From the NCBI RefSeq assembly GCF_018350175.1, contig NC_058368.1, positions 40,426,001-40,490,000 on the forward strand: 64,000 nucleotides of DNA, given 5' to 3'. This document shows positions 52,398 to 64,000 of the stretch, one piece after another. The translations under genes were made by a program, and so were the position numbers. Numbering within the stretch: position 1 is the stretch's first letter; every line of letters begins with the position of its first letter. The notes under the pieces are model-generated. The model was not told the DNA's origin, did not search any database, and saw only the letters and a list, made by a program, of their open reading frames with translations. This DNA comes from Felis catus. Taxonomy: Eukaryota.

Positions 52398-52649
52398 AAC
52401 ATTTGCTAATTCTTTACTATAACATTTATGATGTTGCTTCATATGTTATTCTAATTTATAACTGATTGGTTGTGACTGAATATAATCCTTAGAGTTTTGA
52501 TCCAGTAATCTAATTGTAAACAAATGTTAGAAGTAAATTTCAGGAAAATCTAAAAATAATTTTACACTGGTGGGAAAAAAAAGTTAAACATTTTTTCATG
52601 GGGACTGCAGGAGGAACAGCCTTGCCAGTGAAAAACTATATATATACAT

Positions 52650-52652
<3 letters not shown>

Positions 52653-52686
<34 letters not shown>
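52653..52686. repeat. (CA)n microsatellite
   Basis: Direct reading. Confidence 0.95.
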
Positions 52687-52687
<1 letters not shown>

Positions 52688-53175
52688 TCAACTTTATTAA
52701 TAAAATAACACATGTAACTTTAATAGCAATGTGAAATACATACATAATTTAACTTTAGTAGTAATAGATTCAATATTCAACAATATTTAATGATGATTAT
52801 TGTTCAAACCTTCACCATATTTTACTGTAAAGAAACTATACAATTTACCTCTCCTTTCCACTCTTGCTTCAGATTTAGACTGTTACCAATTTCCCCAAAG
52901 GAGATATTGCTGGAATTGTTGTTTTATATATTTCTTCTCTTTTCTCCTTTTTCCTTTCCTTCCTTCCTTTTATTTTTGTATTTTAGTAATTTGCCTCAAG
53001 TTAAATTCATAAACATATTATTTAAGTGCTGGGAAATACTAATAGTAGTCATTATCTTTCTTAGGTAATCATTGTATTGTTTAACATAAGATATCTTAAA
53101 GGAATATAAAACCTTATATGACAATTGGGCTTACAGGACCATGGAGTCAGGTAATGTAGTACTATCCAACATCTT

Positions 53176-53207
53176 TTCCTTTTTTTTTAAGTTTATTTAT
53201 TTTTGAA

Positions 53208-53240
<33 letters not shown>

Positions 53241-53416
53241 TAGAGTTGAGTGGGGGAGGAGAAGAGAGAGAGGGAGACAGAATCTGAAGCAGGCTCCAGG
53301 CTCTGAGCTGTCAGCACAGAGCCCATTGCTCCTCTTGAAGCCATGAGCTGAACCGTGAGATCATGACCTGAGCTGAAGTTGGATGCTCACAACTGACTGA
53401 GCCACCCAGGTGCCCC
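53176..53416 (-). mobile_element. Can-SINE (SINEC_Fc)
   Basis: 18-bp TSD agta(c/a)tatccaacatctt (53158-53175 / 53417-53434). Confidence 0.97.
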
Positions 53417-53809
53417 AGTAATATCCAACATCTTGATGTCATCTAAATTTATTACAAACCAGGTGATACCCTACCATTTTAAGATAACAGATACCTTACC
53501 AGATATAACAAACAATCCCTCGTACCACTGACCTAATCATAATTTTGATTACAAATAGATATTTATATCATTTTATATACAGCCTAAGGTATAATATTTC
53601 TAGGAAAGAAATGATATTGCCTAGAATTCAAGAAAGTGAATATTTGTATATTAAGCCTGTTGTTAATCATAATACATTGTTAGGCACTATGGACTTTACA
53701 GATATTTAATGGTTAATATTTTTAGAAAACTTGTTTTGTGTACTTAGAACTTCCTCCCAAAGGCTTTTAGCTTTTCAAAAATGGTTTCAGATTTAGAATA
53801 CATATCTTT

Positions 53810-53997
53810 GGGGGCACTTGGGTGACTCAGTGGGTTGAGTGGCCGACTTCAGCTCAGGTCATGATCTCATGGTTCATGGGTTCCAGCCCTGCGTTGGATT
53901 CTGTGCTGACAGCTTGGAGCCTGGAGCTTGCTTTCGATTCTGTGTCTCCCTCTCTCTGCCCTCCCCCACTCAAAAATAAATAAAACATTAAAAAAAA
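53810..53997 (+). mobile_element. Can-SINE (SINEC_Fc)
   Basis: Perfect 15-bp TSD ttagaatacatatct (53793-53807 / 53998-54012). Confidence 0.97.
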
Positions 53998-55521
53998 TTA
54001 GAATACATATCTGTGTCTAACGTAGGGGGCCTTACCTTTACAATCTTCATTGTGTAACAAATTATTAATTTTGTCAACTCATCCTCATTAGTCTTTATGT
54101 GTTGAGATACTTGAAAAAGTTAATAAGCAGTTTTCTAAATCTGCTCCACTGTTTTCTGTACCACAGCTAATCATCACATTTCACCATAATTTGTGGTTAT
54201 GATATGGTTATTTCATCATAAGTTGTCAGGTCTCAGATATAATTATTGTTAAATTTCATAATTTTAATATGTTAAAAATTAAATCCATTCAGGTTTAAAT
54301 AATGAATGCATTTACAGGTTATAGTTTACCTTCTAGGAATATCCTTCCATAATCTTTGCTTTTTCAGTTACAGGGATTAACTTCTGCTTTGCAGAAGATA
54401 ATAATTAAATAATGGTATAAAATAAAGAGTGCTCTAAGGTCTGATTGAAAACATTTAAATCCATGCCTGTCCCCCTGCTCCACCCTCCCCCAGTCCCCAT
54501 CCAACCAATATGTAGTGTCTTCTTTAAGATAAAGGGATCAAGTGGTCCCAGATTCTTTCCTCCCATTCTAAAATTGAATATTGCACAATAAATATACTAT
54601 TATTTTTACAAAAGTATAATATATAAAATATAGTATTTATTTTTTAAGTACATGAAAGGTGATAACATTACATAATTTTTAAAGTTAGGTATTTTTAGGC
54701 CCAAAGTTTATGGTGGTGTCAATGTCTGCCGAGTTGTAATCCAACACTCTTTTGATTAGATCGCACTACTCTGTGCATACTGAATTCTGCAAATGAAGAT
54801 TCAGTTTGCAGATCTGAATGCATACAAGTAACCTTTTCTATCACAGCAGCATTTTACCTTCATATACATTTTACTGGAATCTCTATTTTCTTTTAAGAAA
54901 ATAATGTAAAATGTGATGACTTCTCTCAAAGTTATAAATTCTTGACTAATTTGTTCGGACAACATGGCACCACTGGATAGTGGGATATTGATCATTATCT
55001 AGCTTTTATTGAATTCTAGCTATAAGCAAGATGCTTAATAGTGTGTTATTATATCTCTAAAGGAAACAGTTCTCTAAATTAGAACACGTTAATATAGTTA
55101 AGCCTTTAAATTCTCTTGATAATCAAAAATAATTTTGATTAAGTATCTACTTGTGCCTGTTTTCTTGTTCTTTTAATGAGGTAAAATCAAATTTCAAATG
55201 TTTTTTCCTAACAATATGTTTAATATATTTAATATATATAGTATACATCATATATACGTATATATACTTTTTAAAGTACCACGTATCTTTGATAATACTT
55301 GTTACTCATTTAATTTTATAAATATTTTGCAACTCATATGTTTTTATACTTTGCACTGCATGTGATCACTGCACAAAATAATTTTCAAAAACAAAACACT
55401 TTTTCAAAGAGAAGGTAATGTAAAGGCTTTGTATCAATATGGATTAATATAAATATTTGAGACCTGCTTTATTAAGATGAATTTCTATGCAAATTCTTAC
55501 AAGAGTAGACTCTCTTTGCAG

Positions 55522-55656
55522 CTGTAAAAATGAATACATAAAGAAATGACAAGACAGACAGCCTGTCACAGCAGCAGCTGCTACAGTCTATACAAGAGAT
55601 GTGAAAGAGAATGAACAGCCTGTCTGTTTTCTTGCTGCTCTGTGTAGAATGCGCTG
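55522..55656 (+). other. Candidate 135-nt exon in a non-repeat island (possible signal-peptide start at 55611)
   Basis: Acceptor ctctctttgcag|, donor CTG|gtaagg; ATG with A at -3 gives MNSLSVFLLLCVECA plus one base. No partner exon identified. Confidence 0.2.
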
Positions 55657-56048
55657 GTAAGGGGATCATGGCCTTAGGCTTGTCTGCACGTATGCCGCGT
55701 AATTGGAAAGTGAAATATGTGAATTTTCCTAAGTTAACAAAGAATTCCAAATGATAGCCTTATTGTTGAACATGCATATTTGCTCCTTAATTTATCTTTG
55801 AAGATTATTTGGTTTAATTGATTTTATCTATAAAAATCCCCCATTGATATAATTTGAATATTAATTGAATAAAATTTTATAAATGAGTCAATTCATAACA
55901 AACTCCTGCATATTTACTCTTTCCAGAGCTTCCTAGTTTCCTTACAACATTTAAAAGTATCAAGCATAAGTTGTGTTTTTAAAACACATCAAATTGTGTT
56001 GAAAGTCTTTAGTTACACATATTCATTGATTCAAACCAAAATGAATTA

Positions 56049-56274
56049 GGGGCACCTGGGTGGCTCAGTCGGTTAAATGTCTGACTTCAGCTCAGGTCAT
56101 GATCTCACGGTTCATGAGTTTGAGCCCCACTTAGGGCTCTGTGCTGACAGCTCAGAGCCTGGAGCCTGCTTCAGATTCTGTGTCTCCCTTTCTGTCTGCC
56201 CCTCCCCTGCTGACACTCTGTCTCTCTTTCTCACTTTCTCTCTCAAAAATAAATAAACATTAAAAAAAATAATA
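56049..56274 (+). mobile_element. Can-SINE (SINEC_Fc), first of tandem pair
   Basis: TSD aaaatgaatta / aaaaggaatta. Confidence 0.96.
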
Positions 56275-56289
56275 AAAGGAATTAACATC

Positions 56290-56500
56290 AGGGCATCTGG
56301 GTGGCTTAGTTAGTTGAGAGTCCAACTCTTGATTTAGGCTCAGGTCATGATCTCAGTTTTGTGAGTTCAAGCCCTGCGTCAGGCTTTGCACTGACAGTGT
56401 GGGGCCTGCTTGAGATTCTTCCTTTCTCTCTCTCTGCCTCTTCCCCACTTTCACTCTCTCTTTCTCTTTCAAAATAAATAAATGAACAAAAAAGTTTTAA
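56290..56500 (+). mobile_element. Can-SINE (different subfamily), second of tandem pair
   Basis: ctgacagtgtggggcctgcttgagattct body; decayed TSD gaattaacatc / gaattactatc. Confidence 0.93.
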
Positions 56501-56899
56501 AATATGAATTACTATCTCTGTTACATATAATACATGGAGCAAGGATGTCTAGGAATTATATTAGGGAATTAATAATAATTAAATCTGGAATTCAGGCTGG
56601 TTAGAGAGGTAGGAGAGAAAGAAAACGTTGTTAGATCAACAGACTATAGGTAAAGAGCAAGGATTATTGAGATTGTTTCTAGAATGTGTGAGCTTGAAAG
56701 ATAGGAGGTAGTGGCTTTAGAATGAGATACTTTAAATCTATTTTATATGTGAAGTCAAATTACTGTGCTTGTAATGACAATGCCTTATGTAGGCCCATGG
56801 GGAAGATGAGTGGCTAAAGTGGTGTGAAAACAAGCTTATTACAAAGGAACTTATGGACAACGTGAATAAAATAACAGGCAATGTGTACAGGAATGATGT

Positions 56900-57203
56900 T
56901 GTAGTAGAGTCCCCTCCCTAAAGAGAAAAACAAAAAACAAAAAACTTAAGGCAACCTGGCTATACACGAACATGACAACATTCCTCTAAGCCTTGTAATA
57001 TGAGACCACTTAATCAGACTGCGTTTGTGTGTTACCATATATGGGAGACAAAGAAATAAAAATTGTATAAAAATCTATGCCGCATGGCGTTTGGGGCTCC
57101 GTTCTTCCTTAGGAACCCAAGTGAGCAGCGCCAGCACGAGTAAAGTTCTTCCTAGAAAGAAAAGCCTTGGTGTCATGACTCTCTGTGTGAGAATCCTGCT
57201 ACA
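56900..57203 (+). mobile_element. Relatively young 304-bp solo LTR (ERV1-like)
   Basis: Termini TGTAGTAG...CTGCTACA (7/8 inverted repeat), TATAAAA at ~57066, AGTAAA poly(A)-like signal at ~57139, 4-bp flanks atgt/ttgt, CpGs retained. Confidence 0.8.
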
Positions 57204-57625
57204 TTGTGTGTTACAGAAAGTGAAAATGATCCTAGAGCTAAAACCTTCAAAAGATAAAGTAGGACTGAGATCTGTTGATTACTGCAAAACGGAGGGAAAG
57301 TGGTAGGACAAGACTAATTATGTGTTAGGTTGGTAGGGAAGACAAGAAGAGAATGGTCTAAGATAAAAACTACAGTCCTACTGGTGTAAAGTGTTATGGA
57401 AACAAAAGAGGCCACCACATAAAGTAATTAATGGAAAGCAGTATCTTCTAAAAAGATCCGCTCTTTAGGACAGGAAAGTAAAGGGAATATTGAGAGAAGA
57501 ACTTCAGGAAGGAGAAAGTTTTTCAGTGACTGAACAGGAATTCTAGTGTACAGTTTTGTAGCTAATAGTAGGTAAGCTCAGTAGTTATGGAGAGGGGAAA
57601 GTGGGATTAGAAAAGGAAGTCTATT

Positions 57626-57825
57626 GGGGCGCCTGGGTGGCTCAGTCGGTTGAGCTTCCAACTTCGGCTCAGGTCATGATCTCTCAGTTCGTGAGTTTGA
57701 GCCCTGTGTCAGGCTCTGTGCTGAGAGCTCAGAGCCTGGAGCCTGCTTCAGATTCTGTGCCTACCCTTGTCTCTGCCCCTTCCCCACTCATGCTCTGTCT
57801 CTCTCTGTCTCTCAAAAATGTTTTT
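57626..57825 (+). mobile_element. Can-SINE (SINEC_Fc), nearly tailless
   Basis: Perfect 16-bp TSD ttagaaaaggaagtct (57607-57622 / 57826-57841). Confidence 0.97.
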
Positions 57826-58219
57826 TTAGAAAAGGAAGTCTGGAAACTTTTATAGGAATTAGAACTGGGGGATAGGAAAGGAGCCCTAAAATTAAGTTTT
57901 AAACATGATTTATAATAAGAGATTACTACTAGTGTCCACAGTGCAGATCATACAGGGAAATTTGTTAGTGCAAGGTGGGGGGAGAGGAGTGGTGGTCATT
58001 CAAGGTGGGGAAATTATGAGGCTCAGAAAACACTCATATTGGTTATTGTGGAGTCTAGCTAACTAGTAGTTGACTCTTAGCTTGTTCTCCATTTGAAGTA
58101 GTTTCTATCTCCCTTGATTCAGTCAAAGAAAGCATAGAAGCCAAGAGAGGACTTACCTTACTTCAAGCTTGTGGGATTCTCACGTGAACCCTGACAGTGG
58201 AGGCCAACAGACAAGGTAT

Positions 58220-59443
58220 TAGGTGCTGGCTACATAATTCACAGGGCTCAGTGCAAAATGAAGATGTTGGACCCCTTGTTCAAAAAGTAGGAAAAAATAC
58301 TGTTAAAAGTACTACAATTTGAAGTGCTTTACTTTTTTTTTCTTTTTTTTTTTTTATGTCTCTCACAACTGGTTCGTTTGTTGTTTAATAATCTAATTAA
58401 ACAGGGGTGTCTGGATGGCTCAGTTGGTTAAGTGTCCAATTTCAGCTCAGGTCATGGTCTCATGGTTCCTGAGTTTGAGCCCCATGTGGGGCTCTGTGCT
58501 GATAGAGCCTTAATCCTGCTTCAGATTCTGTGTGTGTCTCTCTCTGGTGTCCCCCTGCTTACATTCTGTCTCTCTCAAAAATAAGTAAAAATTTAAAAAA
58601 ATTGAAAAAAATAATCTGAGGAAAAAATAAAATTTTTAATATTTCAGCATAAATTTTACCATTTATCTTTATGATGTATAATTCTGGTTTAAAATTCCAA
58701 TGAAAGACTATGTAAATTATATATGAAATTACACAATTTGTTTTTTTATATTGCATACATGGTTTTGTATTTTGTTCTTAACAGATGGCGGAACTGTAAA
58801 ACTATCTCAGTGGATTTTTTTCTTTTTGACTTGTGCACGTAATACCAACACTCTCTACATGTTGCTTACTGATGATAAGGACTGAAAGGAAAAGGAAATA
58901 TGGGTTGCCTTATATTTCCTTTTCCTTCTGGGTCATAATTTTCTATATAAGTGGTTGGATAATACAAGGAGTAATAAAATAAATAAATGATATGATAGGG
59001 TTTTTTGAGTGTTTATGTTTTATAGAACACGAATGACATTTTATTTCTGCATTTGAAGCAAGTGCAAAACTGAAAGTTGCATCCTCTTAAAGCTGTCATT
59101 GCCTGAATTTAATCAATAGTCAATTTTAACAAGCTTCCTTTGCACTTGCTTTGAGTCTCATTGAACCTAGATGCATCATGAGTGTTCTGTAATTCTATGT
59201 CCTTGGGACATTGTACGTGCTCTGTTTGAATAGGGCAGCCGAAAACAGCAACAGACACATAATGCGTGTATCTTCTGTCTTGTCACACATGCTCCATTGT
59301 CTCATTGGACATGCAGCACAGAAGTGCAAAGATAAAATTATTAAGAATTCCAAGAAGACAGCAGAACATTAGACGAGCAGTATCTTTCAGAGCATAAATC
59401 CCTGTACCCCTGCACAGGTCTGATGCTCATGAAGCCAGCCCTG
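58220..59443. mobile_element. hAT-Tip100 non-autonomous DNA transposon (MER45B-like), both ends present
   Basis: Left taggtgctggctacataatt...cagtgcaaaatgaa...ccccttgttcaaaaag; right ...tgcacaggtc...catgaagccagccctg; ~1.0 kb excluding the SINE. Confidence 0.8.
58404..58609 (+). mobile_element. Can-SINE inserted in the MER45-like element
   Basis: Canonical body; aataatct on both sides. Confidence 0.93.
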
Positions 59444-62182
59444 CAGGAGGTCTAATAAAAACTAAAGCATATTTGAATCTATATTCTTCAAATTTAACAT
59501 GATTCCAATTGCCTAGACAAATGTTTGTACCAGTAAAATTTTATTTTTGAATTGTATTCTTTCTTATGTAGATATACAGAAGGTTAAAACAAATTATTTT
59601 AAGAAAGTTAACTTAGAGGGATGTTGTGTACTATATAAATTAATTTGGTGCATTTAACATGAAAGTTATTTCTGACAACTTTTGTTGGGGGATGTCATGG
59701 AAACTAATGTGAGTGAAGTATTCTCTTGGTTATTTATACTCAAGTATCTTTATGGCAAATCCATATTTGTTCTACATTTCCTGACCAAGGAAATACTCTG
59801 TGACTTGATGGACGCTTCTTGGGTTTCTGTTACTGCTTTAGTCTTTTAATCTTCTTTGTTCTCTGCCCCCATTACATGATTTTGAAAAAGTAGGAATCCA
59901 TAGGTCTATGCAAGATATTTCCAATTATGTTGGATGCATGAAGCAGGTTTGAATTATAGGAGTTTCTTGGAATAAAGATGTTAATTGCTTTCCCACATGT
60001 TAATCTTCTAAAGCTATTTGCTTAAGGAAAGAATCTCTTTTTCAATATATGCAAGCCTTCTGTAAAACCTCTGTAAAAGTGCAAAACCTGTCTGCATTTG
60101 TAAAGCATTTTTACAAAAAGTATAACTAATTAGTAAATATAGATACAAGTCCTCTCAGATACTTAATATAAAATGTAAAGTTATTATGAGGCAAGAATTT
60201 GCCATAAATATACAATAATAATCTTCAGTTCTTTTGTTGCTGTGGTTATAATTGTCTACAAATTTATGTACTTGCCTCATTTATATTATTAACTGCATTT
60301 TATGTAAGTTTAAAGACTATTTCCTCCTGTTCTTCCTTGACCTGTGCTTTTGGAGCAAAATTCTATTTTTAGATTCACCTTGGAGGGGGGAGAAAAACAA
60401 AGAACATCTTTCCTTAATGTAAGTTCACATTCATCAATTTAGATGGGAATTTCATTGGAAATCAATAAACAGAGAACACAAAAAATTTCAAAGCTTGTCA
60501 ACTAAATGGTTTGTGAAGCTAGGGAGTTTAGAAAAATCACCCAATTTATGATCACTGGATTAAGGGAATGAACTGTAGTATGATCAATTCCAAATATATC
60601 TTACATGTGATACTTGTCTAACCATTTGTTCTGCTTTTCCATTCTATTATCCTCTGCACATGATCTTTTCATTTTCTATCAAATAATAGATAATAGTATC
60701 AGGGGTTTTAGAAACAAATTTCATATCAGTTCCTCTGGTAAAATAACACAATGGTAAATTTGAAAAATACATCACATTCATTTCATCATCCAGTCATCAG
60801 TATTTGAAGAAGAATTCGTTCAAGAGTATACTACAGAGAGACAAAGGAACTAATAGTGATAGGTCAGGAACATTTGTCTTTTGTCATAAAAACAGTAACA
60901 AAATTATCTTTAAATCTAAACTGGAAAGAATTAGGATGGTTTTAATTTTATTTGTCCATAGTACATATTCAATAAAAATTGGAATTGATGAATAAATCAG
61001 TCCGTAGAATTTTTTGTTTTATTTGAGAAAGAAGCAAAGACATATGAATCACTGATTTATGAAATGTGGAAGTATCATCCAAAGTAATTTAGAGTGGTTC
61101 TTTCAAAAACATAGATTCATTTAAACACTTTAGGTAAATATTTTGCTTGTGAATTATAAACTTGGATTTGGATTATACTCTTAAAAATTTTTTTTATACA
61201 AGGGGGGGCACTTAAGGGATAAGCAAGGATATACACACACATACACACACATATGAAATCACATATCAAGTTTATTGTAGGGAAAAGGGAAAATATAAAA
61301 ATCAGATATATTTACCCACTTAGCCCATAGACTTATTGGTAGTATAGTCATATATAAATTCCAAGATTTTTTCATGATGCTAATAAGCACATTGAATGTG
61401 TGTTTTCTCTTAGTCTTTACGTCATTTATTCTCTTAACACATGCCCTAACGCCTAACATAGTTTCACTTACTTTTATTATTTCTCCGATTTTTATGGATG
61501 CCAATTTACTCTACTGGAGGAAAATAGATGACTCTGAAGTATCATAAGCATTAAGTCAAAGTATTTTTCCTCAAAGGTATTGTGCTAAATTACATTTAGG
61601 CTGTGTTTAATGCACTGAATGTGTATTTATTGAATAATCATCACCATTAAGCATATGATAAAGTTTAAAGTAGAGTAAGGAAATCATTTCCATTTGTCAC
61701 CAGCTTTCCCCAAAAAATATATACATGGACCCACAAACATGTATTCACCCCAGTCGCATTGATTAGGGTTAGCAGCCATTCTTTTTAACTTTTATCTCTT
61801 AGTGGACACCATAATTCAGTATTATCAACTGACTTAAATCTGAAAGAAAATGAATGTATTGCTACATAATTTGAGGATCCTTAATCCATTTAGTTTATTT
61901 GTGTATAGCCTACTTTATCCAAGAAAAGATGTAAGATTAACACATCATTGCCTTTCAATACAATGACCTAAAATTTGAGATATATAAATACCAATAATAC
62001 ATTTAGTGTTCTGAAAATATATTTTCTTAATCTTGACTTAGTCTGTGCTGTCTTTTTCAATTTTTTTTATGGGAATATGTGGTGTTTAAATTAACTTACA
62101 TAAGTTTCCCATTATATAACTTTTTATTATGTATAGTTACTACATTTTTAATTTAATTCCCATTTATATATTAACAAATATT

Positions 62183-62199
62183 TTTCTTGAGAGAGAGAG

Positions 62200-62239
<40 letters not shown>

Positions 62240-62406
62240 CGCGCACGTGCAGGGAAGAGGCAGAGGGACAGGGAAAGAGAATCTCAAGCAAGCTCCATGC
62301 TCAGCACTGAGTCCCATGCAGGTCTTGATCTCACAACTGAGAAATCATGACCTGAGCCAAGATTAAGAGTTAGACTCTTAACTGATTGGGCCACCCTAGG
62401 TGCTCC
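62183..62406 (-). mobile_element. Can-SINE with (GA)n/(GT)n
   Basis: gagaatctcaagcaagctccatgctcagcac...aaatcatgacctgagcc...ccctaggtgctcc. Confidence 0.92.
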
Positions 62407-64000
62407 TGAATAACTCTTTTTCATAGTATTATTTGACTTGTTGACTTTATGTCATACTTAGCCCAACTCAGTATCGCTGTGAAAATATCCAGGAATAGAT
62501 GACGCGGAACCATATACAGAAAATCTTCCATAAAATACAACTGTTAGAATAACGATTCACAAATGAAACTAATTAGAACAGGAAAATTTTCAAAAGTTAG
62601 TAGGACATGACAACAGTATGCCAAATGTAAAGAGAGACACTATCTCTTTCAGACAGAAGCTGTGGGGGGAAAATTGGTTGGGGAATGTTCATTGGGCAGA
62701 AAAGAGGAGGGGGATAAAGGCAACACACTTTTTAACTGTGCCCTGTCGGTCTGTCAAGTCCCATGGCCTCTATTTTATGTTCTGTGTCTCATTTTCTAAC
62801 AACTTGAAGCTCAAAAGAGGGAAAGTCAAGGAGTTTAAATTGAGGAAGAAAGATAGCAGTGCATTTAGGTTTCACTTTGGCTTTTTCACCTCCAATTTGC
62901 AATGCTCCAGTGCGGGGAAAGGAGAAGAATTGTACATTTCGCTGGGAGGTTGGAAGCCTGGTCTTAACAGGCTTAACAGTATAGGAGGGTTAGAATGTTA
63001 AACGTATCAAAATTGTCTTATTAAACATAATTTTATATCAGGCTATTTTGTGTATTGTAACCATGCAACTTCACTGAGTAGAAGTAGACATAAATAGACG
63101 GGTTTGCCACTACATGTACTGTGTTGTGAATGGAAGTAGGAAAAACCTTCTGGGAACCAAAATACTTGAATAAAATTGATGGATGTCACATTCAATATTT
63201 AATTGTTTATTAAATAACACATTTGGAGTATTCGTCATGAATGTGTTATAGCCTATAAACTTTAACATGAAGTAACTGATCTTTCTTAATGCTTAGAACG
63301 GGTATAAATGTATTTTTAAAAGGGCAATTAATAGTTATATCTACATTAAAATAAATTATGTCCGTTTTAATGAATGTGTTGGCTGTTGTTGAGGACATAG
63401 CACATTTTACACAAGGAAAATCAAAAGTATGTATAGCAGCACAATCTGAAATTTACAATTTTACAGCTTAATTATGAGCAGATTGACACCACTTGAGAAA
63501 GGGAGAAGAGGTGAAGGTGACCTAATAGCAAAACTAGGCACAATTTTATAGTAAAAACCTTAACTACCCAAGGAACATTAATAATGCAATGCCAATAAAT
63601 ACTGCAATAAATATTGGACTTATTAATTTGAATTCATTACAAATGTTATTTAAGGAACTAAGTTTACACGCTCAGAGAAAAAAAAAACTGAAAAAGAATT
63701 TGGCACAGAGCAGGAGTTTGTACTCTGCTTTGATAGCTGATTGAGTGTATAGCTTAGTTTTGATATTACTTGGGGCACAGTATAGTGTGTCAGAAACTTT
63801 CTCATATTAAATTGTCAATATCAATTCAGAAATTCATTATTTAATCAATTTTTTTCACAGAAGGAACAAAGCACATAATCAAAAATGTGTATGCCCTTGA
63901 TTTGTTTTCAGACAAGCAATAATCCCAACCACTCCTGCAAAATTCTGTTTGCTGATTTTCTATGACAATTTACATTTAAAATTGTAAACATTTAAATAAT

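Noticed and set aside
55487..55800. Immunoglobulin V gene (octamer plus 46-nt leader)
   Set aside because: No V exon, conserved Cys/Trp pattern or RSS follows the donor
60794..60853. Possible terminal exon SSVFEEEFVQEYTTERQRN*
   Set aside because: Weak acceptor, no recognisable protein, no linked exons
63434..63455. tagcagcaca, a miR-15/16/195-like 5' end
   Set aside because: The match stops after about 10 nt and no complementary arm is visible
1..64000. CRISPR arrays, operons or other prokaryotic-type systems
   Set aside because: Mammalian repeat-rich DNA; no regularly spaced repeat-spacer array or gene cluster

Overview
This is AT-rich mammalian nuclear DNA, almost certainly from a feliform carnivore (cat-like). 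It carries about 20 tRNA-derived Can-SINEs, many of the SINEC_Fc type, plus carnivore-type L1 3' ends. Most of the window is interspersed repeat: old L2, MIR, L1M, MaLR/ERVL LTRs and DNA transposons (MER45-like, MER82-like), overlaid by carnivore L1s, solo LTRs and SINEs. I find no protein-coding gene, RNA gene or intact retroelement ORF; the ORF track is explained by decayed L1/ERV frames, SINEs, microsatellites and chance. The window reads as a gene desert or large intron. The main structural points are a decayed two-LTR ERVL (LTR16/HERV16-like) provirus with a nested LTR, an ~11 kb three-level same-strand L1 nest whose junctions converge on one ORF2 motif, a perfect 91-bp duplication with templated AT filler, a likely L1 3' transduction, tail-only retroposition scars and a reused SINE target site. 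One non-repeat island (54.7-55.8 kb) has a hairpin, octamer motifs and a candidate 135-nt exon encoding a signal-peptide-like start. I cannot support a claim of a new biological system. Repeat family names come from recalled consensus similarity, not from a database search.
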